A DNA stretch of 64,000 bases from Candidatus Hermodarchaeum yapensis (GTDB taxonomy: Archaea; Asgardarchaeota; Hermodarchaeia; Hermodarchaeales; Hermodarchaeaceae): positions 1 to 64,000 of the forward strand of contig JAEOSK010000005.1 in NCBI GenBank assembly GCA_016840405.1, written 5' to 3'. Made by a program: the position numbers and the translations under genes. Below the pieces are notes generated by a model. The model saw only the letters and a program-made list of their open reading frames with translations. It was not told where the DNA came from and did not search any database. This document shows, in pieces, positions 1-9,463 of the stretch (positions within the stretch are counted from its first letter, which is position 1; the number at the start of each line of letters is the position of its first letter).

Positions 1-79
1 TAATGGTTCCCATCTTGATGTGTAAACGTCTAAATAGGAAAAGGATATCAGTATGCTAAAATTCGAAGAGGGGGTTTCA

Positions 80-560
80 ATGAACCGAAAAACAAAAGCG
101 GCTATAGCTGTTTTCGCTTGTGTAATTCCAATTAGTGCCGTATTCCTGGGTGTATTCAGGACCTATAGTTGTGTATACTCACCCCTTCGCTGTTGCTTAT
201 AATTGGACTTGTATTGATGAACAGGTTCTTCAATTTGAAATCAACTGGCCATATGTACAATGGAAATTGGAAGTTAATGTTGAAGAAATAACAGGGAACT
301 ATCCGGGTCCTGGGCTTACTAGAAACATTACTGTCTATGATTCAGTGGGTATAATTTGGGCCTATTTTGAAATTGACACTCCGGGCGTTTATTCGACGAT
401 TTGGATCCCACCAGATTCACCATTGTTCACTTTGGTCCCCGGCACATTTAACATTTCGATTCAGGGCATTGGATGGTATTATGGGGGTTTCCATGGTCAA
501 ATTACAGTGTATGCTAGAACCCAAATCCATGCTTTCATTTATGGAGAATCTGGCGGCTGA
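80..560 (+). pseudogene. Frameshifted membrane-anchored/secreted beta-rich protein (N-terminal anchor in frame 80..202, ectodomain in frame 135..560)
   Basis: ATG at 80 after GAGGGGG encodes MNRKTKAAIAVFACVIPISAVFLGVF (signal/anchor-like) and stops at 202; overlapping ORF 135..560 is beta-rich with sequons NWT, NIT, NIS. Confidence 0.5.
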
Positions 561-628
561 AGATGAATCTCAGTATTTGTGTTTATCGTGTGGAGCTTCA
601 CATAGTTTGAATGAACATCAATTAGGGA

Positions 629-1531
629 TTACTCTTTGCGATATTTTGGGATGACCTCACGACCAATGAAGTCGAATTTATGCAGTTGGTCTTTGCCATA
701 CCAAACGGGATAGTAGAAAATGAATTCTGTAATACCAATATCGCGGTATTGTTGAATGAAGTTCACAAAGTTTTCTTCTGAGTCGAAGACCGTTTCTGAG
801 TGGGGAGAGAAATAGAGAAATGAGCGGCGGAGGGTTTGTGGGTCTCGACCAATTTCTTTACAATACTTGTCGAGTAGTTGGTTCCGTTTCTTGGTATCTT
901 TCAGCAGTTGTTCTGGTGGAATGCCCCACTCGCCTCCGTAGGAATTCCAAGTATCAGCATATTTTGCCGTCACTTTGAGCATTGAAGGTCCCAGAGCCCC
1001 GATGGTGATGGGGGGACGTGGGGTTTGAATGGGTGCTGGTGCCATAGCTGCTTCTTTCATATTGTAGTATCGACCTTCAAATGAAGTGACGGGATTTTGG
1101 AGAGTCTGATCGATTATCTCTACTGCTTCCTTGAACCGATGAACGCGTTCAGGGGGAGCCCAGTCGTCAATCCCAGTCATATGATAAACTGGGTCGACAG
1201 CTCCGGATGCCCCAGCACCTAATCCTAGCTCTAAACGTCCTCCAGAGATATGATCCACGGTTAGCGCTTGCCGGGCAAGAATTGCAGGATTTCGTAGTGG
1301 ATTAGCAGTAACGAGGGTCCCTATGCGAATCCGTTTGGTGACTGTCGCAAGACCAGAAAGAAGTGTCCATGCTTCAAACCACGGATCATTTGGTGCCATG
1401 TAATTGACAAAATGATCTGCTACCCAGACACTATCAAAATTTAGTACTTCAATTGATTGCCAGAGCGCCACCATTTTCTCCCACGGTTCACTTTGAAGCG
1501 TCATTATGCCAAAACGAAGCTGATTAGTCAT
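629..1531 (-). CDS. LLM-class (luciferase-like) flavin/F420-dependent oxidoreductase
   Basis: FDSVWVADHF, EAWTLLSGLA, RIRIGTLV, TVDHISGGRLELGLGAG motifs. Confidence 0.9.
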   Translation of the reverse strand: MTNQLRFGIMTLQSEPWEKMVALWQSIEVLNFDSVWVADHFVNYMAPNDPWFEAWTLLSGLATVTKRIRIGTLVTANPLRNPAILARQALTVDHISGGRLELGLGAGASGAVDPVYHMTGIDDWAPPERVHRFKEAVEIIDQTLQNPVTSFEGRYYNMKEAAMAPAPIQTPRPPITIGALGPSMLKVTAKYADTWNSYGGEWGIPPEQLLKDTKKRNQLLDKYCKEIGRDPQTLRRSFLYFSPHSETVFDSEENFVNFIQQYRDIGITEFIFYYPVWYGKDQLHKFDFIGREVIPKYRKE

Positions 1532-1769
1532 GATTCGCCATCTCAGAGTGCTTTGTAGAGCCCTTAGACTTGCTCTAAATCGATTTCGGTTGGCTACATC
1601 TTTATTTCGTCCCTAATAAGGTGAACCCACAATCTGAGTTCACAGAATGTGACTTTTCTGGTTCACGAAAAAGAGTCGCTCGGAATCCTTGATTTTACAG
1701 AGTTCTGGTGAAATGGGCGATAGTTTAATTAGCGTAATTTGAAATGCCTTAGTTGGGGTAACCTAGAGA

Positions 1770-2618
1770 ATGATTCATCACGTCTTCATCATCGATGCAC
1801 GGCATGATATAGTCGTGCAGAAGAAGTTTTGGGTCATCGACGTGAATACCATTGAAGTTGAGGATTTTGCCACACGGATTAAAGAGAGCAAATCACTGTT
1901 TATCGAACAAATAGGTGAAACAAAATACATCGGACAGCCACTTGGACGGGGTGTTGTTATTTTATGTGCCGAGTCAGTCGATGAAGACACGACACTCTTG
2001 GAAAAACTCGAAAAAGTGACTGACGAATTCCGCCGTGTCATCAGCTACCAAGAAGAGTACGAAGACTTCATGCAAAAAGTTGACCAATACGTGACGACCA
2101 AGCTCAAGGTCAGCATCCTCGGTTACGGTGGAGTAGGAAAAACAACCATGGTCCATCTCCTTAATGGTGGAGGGATCCCCCAGACTTATATTCCCACTAT
2201 TGGTATTGATATTCAAAAAGTCGAAGGCGCCCGTATTGGCACCTATGAGATTCTGTGTTGGGACTTTGCGGGACAGGCGCGGTTTCGGAAGTTATGGAAA
2301 GCACTCTTTTCCCGAAGCCGAATTGTTTTCATTGTCACCGATTCAACCCTTGAAAATGTCCTGCAAAGTAAAGATATCATCACGTTTCTCCATGAGAACG
2401 GCGTTGGCAGTGAAATCGTCGCCATTGCAAATAAACAGGACTTGAAGGGAGCACTACAACCTCATCTCGTGCAACGGGTGCTAGGCGTTAAAACCTATGG
2501 GTTGACTGCTATTGACCCTGAGAATCGTGAGGTCGCTTTGGATATCATTCGTATGAGCTTGGAGAAGACGTTGGACTGGGAGAAGATGGAATTCGATACC
2601 ATCGACTTCACGCCTTAA
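1770..2618 (+). CDS. Arf/Rab-like small GTPase with N-terminal longin-like domain
   Basis: G1 GYGGVGKT, G2 PTIG, G3 WDFAGQ, G4 NKQD, G5 TAI; ~105-aa N-terminal alpha/beta domain starting MIHHVFIID. Confidence 0.88.
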   Translation: MIHHVFIIDARHDIVVQKKFWVIDVNTIEVEDFATRIKESKSLFIEQIGETKYIGQPLGRGVVILCAESVDEDTTLLEKLEKVTDEFRRVISYQEEYEDFMQKVDQYVTTKLKVSILGYGGVGKTTMVHLLNGGGIPQTYIPTIGIDIQKVEGARIGTYEILCWDFAGQARFRKLWKALFSRSRIVFIVTDSTLENVLQSKDIITFLHENGVGSEIVAIANKQDLKGALQPHLVQRVLGVKTYGLTAIDPENREVALDIIRMSLEKTLDWEKMEFDTIDFTP

Positions 2619-2692
2619 TAAATTGTTTTTCAGCATTGGAAAAGCCACGAAATTAATTAGGGCAAACCATTTCATGAAGACGTGGTAATAAC

Positions 2693-3562
2693 ATGGTGAG
2701 TCAAAGTGCATCCCAACCAACACAGAGAAATCCCCCATTTTTAGTGAGTAAGGTTCAAGCCAGTGACAATCTTAAAGCAGACATTAGGAAGGCCATTGAG
2801 CTCATTGGGGGATTAGACCAACTCATTCAGCCTGGAGATTTGGTCACAATCAAACCAAACATGAACACGGCTGATCCCTATCCAGCTTCAAGTGATGCTG
2901 ATTTCATTCAAGCCTTGGGTGAGATCTTGCTCGATGCTGGTGCTGGAAAACTCCAAATTATGGATGCATCCACCCAGCGGGTTTGCACACGCGATGTTGG
3001 TGAAGAGATTGGAATCTGTGATGTAGCTGTGGATCTAAATGCGGATTTCATCTCACTGGACGAACACTCTTGGATTAAACAATCATTTCCACTTGGGAAA
3101 TACTTGGAGAGCGGAAACATTGGGGAACCCGCGTTGAACCTTGGCAAACTGGTAATCGCACCATGCCTGAAAACCCATTTCATTGCTAAATTCACGGCGA
3201 GTATGAAAGTGATGATGGGGTTGCTGAAGCGGCAAGATCGATTGAAAATGCATATGCGAAAACTCGAATTCAAAATCGCTGATCTCGCGTCGTACTTCCA
3301 CCCCACACTGGTTGTAATGGATGCCCGGAAAGTCTTTGTGACGAAAGGACCCGCTTCTGGGCAACTGGAAACTCCGAATGTAATCTTCGCTAGCCATGAT
3401 ATGGTTGCCATAGATGTTGAGGGAGTCCGGCTTCTGCAGAGCTATAATGCAAAAAACAAACTCAATAAACCGGTTTGGGAATTAGGTCAAATCGCCCGAG
3501 CTAAAGAAATCGGATTTGGCGCAACTAGCGACGACGACATTAAACTTATTGAAGCCCTATGA
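2693..3562 (+). CDS. DUF362 domain protein
   Basis: GDLVTIKPN, PCLKTH, T.SMK, SHDMVAID motifs. Confidence 0.85.
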   Translation: MVSQSASQPTQRNPPFLVSKVQASDNLKADIRKAIELIGGLDQLIQPGDLVTIKPNMNTADPYPASSDADFIQALGEILLDAGAGKLQIMDASTQRVCTRDVGEEIGICDVAVDLNADFISLDEHSWIKQSFPLGKYLESGNIGEPALNLGKLVIAPCLKTHFIAKFTASMKVMMGLLKRQDRLKMHMRKLEFKIADLASYFHPTLVVMDARKVFVTKGPASGQLETPNVIFASHDMVAIDVEGVRLLQSYNAKNKLNKPVWELGQIARAKEIGFGATSDDDIKLIEAL

Positions 3563-3629
3563 CCGTCATCATTTCATACGGAACTATATGCTCTTTGCAT
3601 AACGGTAGGATTCCCACTGTGAGGCGTAA

Positions 3630-4100
3630 TTAATTTGATACTTTGATGATATCGTCGAAATGTCCATCTCGGATTTTGTTTAGGACGACAAAAGAACGAG
3701 TTTTTTCAATAAAATCTTGATTGCGAATCTGCTCGATAATATCCTCAAAGCAGGGGATATCCTCACAAATGATTTTGATAATGAGGTCGAACTCACCGGC
3801 CACTGTATAGATCTCGACAATATTTTCGATGTTCCGGAGTGCTTGGGCTACCGTTGGTCCGGGCATACGACCCACATTGACACCCACAAGGACTGTGATG
3901 GGGTTGTCGGCTTTCTCATAATCGATGTTGACAGTGAATCGTTGGATAACGCCAGTGTTGACTAGTCCGTCGATACGCCTACGAACTACGGATTCTGAAA
4001 GCCCAAGAGTTCGGGCTAGTCGCGTTATGGGTTGTCGAGCATCCCGCACAAGGTGTCGGAGAATGCGTCGATCCGTTTCGTCAAGGTGAACCTGAGTCAT
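3630..4100 (-). CDS. Lrp/AsnC family transcriptional regulator
   Basis: LDETDRRIL..L..DAR HTH and C-terminal RAM domain (VAGEFDLII); start placed at ATG 4100. Confidence 0.92.
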   Translation of the reverse strand: MTQVHLDETDRRILRHLVRDARQPITRLARTLGLSESVVRRRIDGLVNTGVIQRFTVNIDYEKADNPITVLVGVNVGRMPGPTVAQALRNIENIVEIYTVAGEFDLIIKIICEDIPCFEDIIEQIRNQDFIEKTRSFVVLNKIRDGHFDDIIKVSN

Positions 4101-4230
4101 GGTGTCACATCCGTAACATTTTAAGGGGAACTTTCTATCGCCCAAAATCTACAAGTTTTCAGGCTAAATCTAGCCTCTTTCTGTCAACCCCTTAAAAGAT
4201 ACTGGTGGTTTTAGAATTTTGCGAGGAAAA

Positions 4231-4261
4231 AAAACGCGTTTTCTTACGCTCTCTTATATAA
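4231..4261 (+). promoter_or_regulatory. Palindrome AAAACGCGTTTT plus TATA-like box upstream of ilvE
   Basis: Perfect 12-bp palindrome at 4231-4242, then TTATATAA shortly before ATG 4277, within the divergent Lrp/ilvE intergenic region. Confidence 0.4.
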
Positions 4262-4276
4262 TATTGGTGGATTCCA

Positions 4277-5167
4277 ATGACAAAGGATCCGTTTGTATAT
4301 GTTGATGGTGAATTTGTACCAAGCCAAGAGGCCAAAGTATCGGTGTTTGATCATGGACTCCTCTATGGCGATGGCATCTTTGAAGGCATCCGTGTTTATG
4401 ACCGGGTTGTTTTCAAATTGAATGCTCACTTGGATCGATTGTATCGAAGTGCTAAAGCGATTGAGCTGACGATTCCTCTGGACCAAGAAACGATGAAGGC
4501 AGCCCTTTTGGAGACATTACGTCGAAATGGGTATACTGATTCCTATATCCGCTTATTGGTTACTCGGGGAAAGGGAGACTTAGGTGTGAATCCGTTAAAA
4601 TGTCCAAAGGCTTCGGTAATTATCATTAATATTCAGGTAGAGCCGATGCATGGTCATGGATCAAAGGAGAAGGGCATTTCAACCATTGTTGCAAGTGTGC
4701 GTCGTCAGGCTCCTGACTCGAGTAGCCACGAGATTAAGTCATTAAATTATCTGAATAGCATTCTTGCTGTATTGGAAGCCAACAGGCAAGGTGCGGATGA
4801 TGCAATCATTTTAGATCACAGGGGGTTTGTTGCTGAGTCGACGGGTACGACTCTGGTTGCAGTGATTGATGGAGCGTTACATGCCCCGCCGTTAACCGCA
4901 AGTATTTTGGATAGCATTACACGGCGTTTTGTGTTAGATATGGCGCAGGATCTTGGTTTTGGGGTTAAGGAGAAGGATATGACATTGTTCCAGTTGTTGA
5001 TGGCAGAGGAAGTGTTTCTCTGTGGGACAATGGGAGAAATTACTCCAGTACGCAGTATCAACGGACAAGCAGTAGGAACCAAGACTCCTGGTCCAGTGAC
5101 GCAAAAATTGATTGCTGAATTTAAGAAACGACGTCGATTGCCCCAATACGGTACAAAGATTGCTTAG
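4277..5167 (+). CDS. ilvE: Branched-chain amino acid aminotransferase (class IV PLP enzyme)
   Basis: DHGLLYGDGIFEG, HLDRL, KSLNY, ILDSITR, AEEVFLCGT. Confidence 0.93.
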   Translation: MTKDPFVYVDGEFVPSQEAKVSVFDHGLLYGDGIFEGIRVYDRVVFKLNAHLDRLYRSAKAIELTIPLDQETMKAALLETLRRNGYTDSYIRLLVTRGKGDLGVNPLKCPKASVIIINIQVEPMHGHGSKEKGISTIVASVRRQAPDSSSHEIKSLNYLNSILAVLEANRQGADDAIILDHRGFVAESTGTTLVAVIDGALHAPPLTASILDSITRRFVLDMAQDLGFGVKEKDMTLFQLLMAEEVFLCGTMGEITPVRSINGQAVGTKTPGPVTQKLIAEFKKRRRLPQYGTKIA

Positions 5168-5203
5168 ACATGATTTTACAAAACGATAAGATAAGGTGTA
5201 TTA

Positions 5204-5749
5204 ATGTCTGAACAAGATTTAGGTGAAATGCGACCGTCAATTCGGATTGCCCTTTTTGCGGTACTGACCGCATTAACAGCCGTGTTAACAGTCATCATCG
5301 AAATTCCCGTCCCTGCTACCCAGGGCTACATCAACTTGGGTGATGTTGGAGTCTTGTTGGCGGGGCTTTTATTGGGTCCGTTTGGTGGTCTGGCGGGTGG
5401 TCTTGGTTCCGCATTGGCTGATGTGGCTTTGGGCTACTATCTTTATGCGCCCATCACCTTTGTAGTCAAGGGACTTGAAGGCACAATCGTTGGATTGATT
5501 ATGTGGACTTTCAAACCGTTTAGTCGATTTGAGGTTCGAATTGTGGTTGCTGTTCTCTTAGGTAGTTGTGTCATGGTCTTTGGCTATTTCACTGCAGAGG
5601 CAGTGCTTTTCGGTCCTGCTGCAGCGTTTGTTGAGGTCCCTGGGAACATCTTCCAAGTCGTGTTTGGGAGCATTGTTGCTGTAAGTGCTTTTCTTGCAAT
5701 CTTCAAAGGTTTGCCTTACTTCAGACAAAAACCATCTACGGATGGTTAA
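5204..5749 (+). CDS. ECF transporter substrate-binding S component
   Basis: IPVPATQGYINLGD, GSALAD, APITFVVKG, PGNIFQ; highly hydrophobic. Confidence 0.88.
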   Translation: MSEQDLGEMRPSIRIALFAVLTALTAVLTVIIEIPVPATQGYINLGDVGVLLAGLLLGPFGGLAGGLGSALADVALGYYLYAPITFVVKGLEGTIVGLIMWTFKPFSRFEVRIVVAVLLGSCVMVFGYFTAEAVLFGPAAAFVEVPGNIFQVVFGSIVAVSAFLAIFKGLPYFRQKPSTDG

Positions 5750-5771
5750 ATATTGGAGAATGAGTAGGATT

Positions 5772-7223
5772 TCAGATAGGCACTATGGTGCCTTTCAGGG
5801 TTGATGACACTGGACTATACTTTTTGAAGTACTCAGTTAGTGCATCGATGGCTTTCAGATTTTGAGTGCGATGGTTTTTCCCATAATGAACAGGTATCCC
5901 TTGCACCGTGAGATAGCAAGCTTGATAAGTTTTCGAGGGATTCAAAGGGTGTCCACCGATGAAGAATTCTTGAATGCGTTTTCGGTAAGGATTTTCGATG
6001 CGGAAGTAGATGTTGAGTCCAAGGCAACGTTTGACGTAGCCTCCGATTTGCCTGTAGGGATCGCGGGAAAAGGTGTTTTCGAGGTTATCTTCCATCATAT
6101 TCCACAGTTCTTTACCTGTGATGTCACAAACAGAGATTGGTGGATTGTCAGGGATGATGTTCCACAAGTCATTCATGGTGACATCACCGGGAGGGATGGG
6201 AGCTCCAAAGCGCCAACCGTTGGAAAATCCTAATTCTGTGTTACTCGCTTCGAGGCAAGCTTGGAGAAGAAGATTATCCATAGTAGATTCAAGTGTGCGC
6301 CATCTACTGAGCGTGCTCCGGGTTTGTCCTACGACTGTTTCCAACATTGATCGTTGTGACTTGGAAAAACTGCGATCAATCATATCTTTGATTGCTTGGT
6401 TGGGTTGGATGTGTTCCTCAACGGGAATGAGTTTATGGCGAAATGTTTTCACATGGTTGTTTACGATTTTCAAGTCAAGACGCCCAATGAAGGAACCGTG
6501 GCAACCAGATTGGATGATGACTGCCCGATTGACCACGACGGGTTGATTGAGTCGGTTGTGTGTGTGACCACTAAGGAGCACATCGATGCCATTAACTTCT
6601 GATGCGAGTTTCAGGTCTTGGGGATACCCGAGATGGGAAAGGACAATAATAAGGTCGACACGTTCTTTTTCGCGTAGATGTTTGATATAGTTGGGAAGTT
6701 CCTCATTACCGAGTGTGAAGTATACGCCTTCACTAAAGGAGGGCGGCATGGTCTTATCAATAACATTGGAAGCAACACCAATTACCCCAATATGTAACCC
6801 GTTTCGTTCAAGAATTGTGCCAGGGGAAAATAGGAGAGTTTTTGTGTCCTTTGCGAAGCAGTTGACTGCTAGCATGTGATGTTCTAGTTGATGGGAAAGT
6901 GATTGGAATTCAGACGGACCATAGGCGAACTCCCAGTGGGCTGTCATTGCATCAAATGCCATTGCGTTGAGGACAGGAACCATAGCTTTACCTTTGCTTT
7001 GGACGACTGGATAGGTGCCATGGAGGGTGTCTCCATTATCAAGTGTCAGTACGGAGTTCGGGTGTTCCACCTGAATTTGACCGAAGAGTGTGGCGATTTG
7101 TGCAAACCCTCCAACCTCTTGTGTGATTGTTCGTCCGCTTTTCCAGAAAAGTTCATGGTGGGATTCGAGGTAGCCGTGACTATCATTGAGTTGGAGGACT
7201 GTCAGATGTTTTTCTTCTGGCAT
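5772..7223 (-). CDS. 5'-nucleotidase-family bimetallic hydrolase, SoxB-like
   Basis: NDSHG, DNGDTLHG, AHWEF, LSHLG, SGHTH and a C-terminal 5'-nucleotidase domain; no signal peptide; start placed at ATG 7223. Confidence 0.85.
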   Translation of the reverse strand: MPEEKHLTVLQLNDSHGYLESHHELFWKSGRTITQEVGGFAQIATLFGQIQVEHPNSVLTLDNGDTLHGTYPVVQSKGKAMVPVLNAMAFDAMTAHWEFAYGPSEFQSLSHQLEHHMLAVNCFAKDTKTLLFSPGTILERNGLHIGVIGVASNVIDKTMPPSFSEGVYFTLGNEELPNYIKHLREKERVDLIIVLSHLGYPQDLKLASEVNGIDVLLSGHTHNRLNQPVVVNRAVIIQSGCHGSFIGRLDLKIVNNHVKTFRHKLIPVEEHIQPNQAIKDMIDRSFSKSQRSMLETVVGQTRSTLSRWRTLESTMDNLLLQACLEASNTELGFSNGWRFGAPIPPGDVTMNDLWNIIPDNPPISVCDITGKELWNMMEDNLENTFSRDPYRQIGGYVKRCLGLNIYFRIENPYRKRIQEFFIGGHPLNPSKTYQACYLTVQGIPVHYGKNHRTQNLKAIDALTEYFKKYSPVSSTLKGTIVPI

Positions 7224-7334
7224 ATTGACCACTCGCTACTCAGCCGAATTCCCAGGTAGAGAGAATATATTCCTACTTGCACTTGAGGATTCCTATTCAA
7301 TAGAAAAGAAGGAGGAACCTTTCAGGTTCTTATA

Positions 7335-7649
7335 TTAACTTGATTGTGACCCTTTGGGTTGATTGGCTTTGGATTGGGGGAATGGACAGGGTTCCATGGA
7401 GGCTTGTATGCTTTTCACGGATTCGTGGATTAGAAAGTTCCATGTAAGTGGTCCAAGATCAAGAAGAGCATTCAGGAAGTAGTCCCAAGTCTGGGGTCCA
7501 ATATTCAGGGATTTTTCAAAAGCATTTTTCATGGTCACAAATCGATCTTTAGTGCTGGCTGTGACACCAATTGCTGTCCACTTTTCCTTTGATGTGTTAG
7601 TCATTAGGTAACCTCCACTGGTTGGAATTTCCGAATTGAATATTATCAT
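7335..7649 (-). CDS. Small hypothetical protein, possibly ribbon-helix-helix-like DNA-binding
   Basis: Strand-helix-helix pattern WTAIGVTASTKDRF...TWDYFLNALLD; true start probably the internal MTNTSK after GGAGG. Confidence 0.45.
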   Translation of the reverse strand: MIIFNSEIPTSGGYLMTNTSKEKWTAIGVTASTKDRFVTMKNAFEKSLNIGPQTWDYFLNALLDLGPLTWNFLIHESVKSIQASMEPCPFPQSKANQPKGSQSS

Positions 7650-7804
7650 GACATATTCACATTGGTTTTTGAAGCTGTCGGCTGGAACACCGTTTTCAAG
7701 GTCAAAAGATGTGAAATGTTGACCGGGGTTCCGATGTAATCCTGTGTGGGCAGATTTATTTTAGGAAAACGAGGGAATGGAGGTGGAATAGGTGAATCCA
7801 CTGC

Positions 7805-8356
7805 ATGCGTGTTAAAGCCTTGGTTGCTGGACTCAAAGAGCTGGTTGAGGAGCTGGGTATAGAAGGGTGGCATGAGTTTCGGACCCCCGATCGGACTCGA
7901 ATCGATTTCGCCGTCACGCAGAGCTCAAATCGGCTCTTGGCAGTGGAGTTCGAGCGTTCGAGAAAATGGTTGTTTGCCCGGGTTCTGTATAATTCGGTGA
8001 AAGCTCAACGTGCCGAGTTTCCCGCGATTCTGTTTGTTTATCCTTTCTATGATCTTCCCCGTGCTGGTCGTTCATGGGTTCCCGATTATGTGGAGGATAC
8101 GTTGGGACTTCGGTTGGCGTTATGTCATCCTCGTGATTGCTTAATAGCGGCGCGTACACTTGTTTGTGAACAGCTAAAGCTTCCGGTTCCAACTGGTATT
8201 ACTGAGACGGATTGCGTCATCTCTTCAAACACACAACCTGACTCACTGAAAGTTGGTGCAGAGGCGTGGAAGTCCATGAAGCCTCGCTCTACTTCCAAAA
8301 AGGCGCGAAAACGTCAAGTAACGAAAACATCAGCAAAAACGAAGAAAACCAGTTAA
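7805..8356 (+). CDS. Putative PD-(D/E)XK restriction-endonuclease-like protein
   Basis: HEF...RIDFAV...LAVEFERS catalytic-type spacing; Lys-rich disordered C-tail. Confidence 0.6.
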   Translation: MRVKALVAGLKELVEELGIEGWHEFRTPDRTRIDFAVTQSSNRLLAVEFERSRKWLFARVLYNSVKAQRAEFPAILFVYPFYDLPRAGRSWVPDYVEDTLGLRLALCHPRDCLIAARTLVCEQLKLPVPTGITETDCVISSNTQPDSLKVGAEAWKSMKPRSTSKKARKRQVTKTSAKTKKTS

Positions 8357-8443
8357 CTGATTGAAAAGAATTCAATAATTTTGGCACGAAGCTTATAATC
8401 TCACAATACACAGTTCTGATAGTGTTTGAGCAGGGGAATACAC

Positions 8444-9433
8444 ATGTCTGAAACTATTGATCAAGTGATATCCGACCGGCTTGAAGTTCTTTCTCGGACG
8501 ACCTTTCCAATTAACTATGTGTTTTCGAAGACCTTTGAGTATGCCCGAAAACATCGAGATTGTGCCCTGACCATTGTAACAAAGTCAGGTACACAAGTAA
8601 ACTTTACAGAACCGGTCAAAGTGCATCCGAAATTATTGGATCGTGAAGGTGCATTTGTTTATCGAAGACGATTGTATTATGTGAAAGAACTGAAAATCCT
8701 TGATAGTTATTTGGTAATCACTCAGGACCAACTTGAACTGCCCAAAAGGAAAGACCCCAAAGAGAATGTGGGATTCTTCGTAAAGGCTGTAACACCGTAT
8801 GTTAAAGCTGTGGACGATATTATTCGCCGACGATTCGGTACGATAGTAATTCACATTTCAACTAAAGATAAGCCACTTGTGTTGCATCGTCAAACTGTGA
8901 AAGGTAAACAAAGCCTCACAGCAAATGAACTTCTAGCAGAAATTAGAATCCCGTTAGAACTTAGACTAGCAATTCGAGAGACTCTATTCAGAAGTAAACC
9001 GGGTCCAGAAATTCAGGAAAAAGGTCAGAAAAAAGAAACAACAGTGAAACCCTCTTCTTTGACATTAGAGGATGGGCGAGTTATTCTTTATTCTCCGGGT
9101 AGTATTCAAGCTCAGGAATTCATTGAATTGGGGAAAGTCCCTTACAGTTTCAAAAGCGAGGAGGGTCCGGTACCAGCGCGTGTTATCATTACCAGTTTTC
9201 TTCAATTTGAAAACAAGACTGTCGCCCAATTACTTGAGGCATATAGCGATTTAGCATTTCTACCCTTCTTCTTCGATCTCTACTTAGAGCAAGGTGGACC
9301 ACCAATTCGAAATGTTGCACTTTTTGATGAACAACTAATTATTGGTAGGACCCCAGAATCCAATATTCATGAAGGAGAATTCGAAATATTTCTAGCAAAA
9401 TCGGGAATTGACAAGCATCTCTTGAAAGGTTAA
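8444..9433 (+). CDS. Hypothetical protein
   Basis: 329-aa open frame with purine-rich RBS; no family recognised. Confidence 0.7.
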   Translation: MSETIDQVISDRLEVLSRTTFPINYVFSKTFEYARKHRDCALTIVTKSGTQVNFTEPVKVHPKLLDREGAFVYRRRLYYVKELKILDSYLVITQDQLELPKRKDPKENVGFFVKAVTPYVKAVDDIIRRRFGTIVIHISTKDKPLVLHRQTVKGKQSLTANELLAEIRIPLELRLAIRETLFRSKPGPEIQEKGQKKETTVKPSSLTLEDGRVILYSPGSIQAQEFIELGKVPYSFKSEEGPVPARVIITSFLQFENKTVAQLLEAYSDLAFLPFFFDLYLEQGGPPIRNVALFDEQLIIGRTPESNIHEGEFEIFLAKSGIDKHLLKG

Positions 9434-9463
9434 TTGCATGTGTCTAATATGAAGGAAGACTCT

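Noticed and set aside
9320-9433. FHA domain suggested by LIIGRTPESNI
   Set aside because: Protein ends ~25 aa later, without the SRxH and NG motifs
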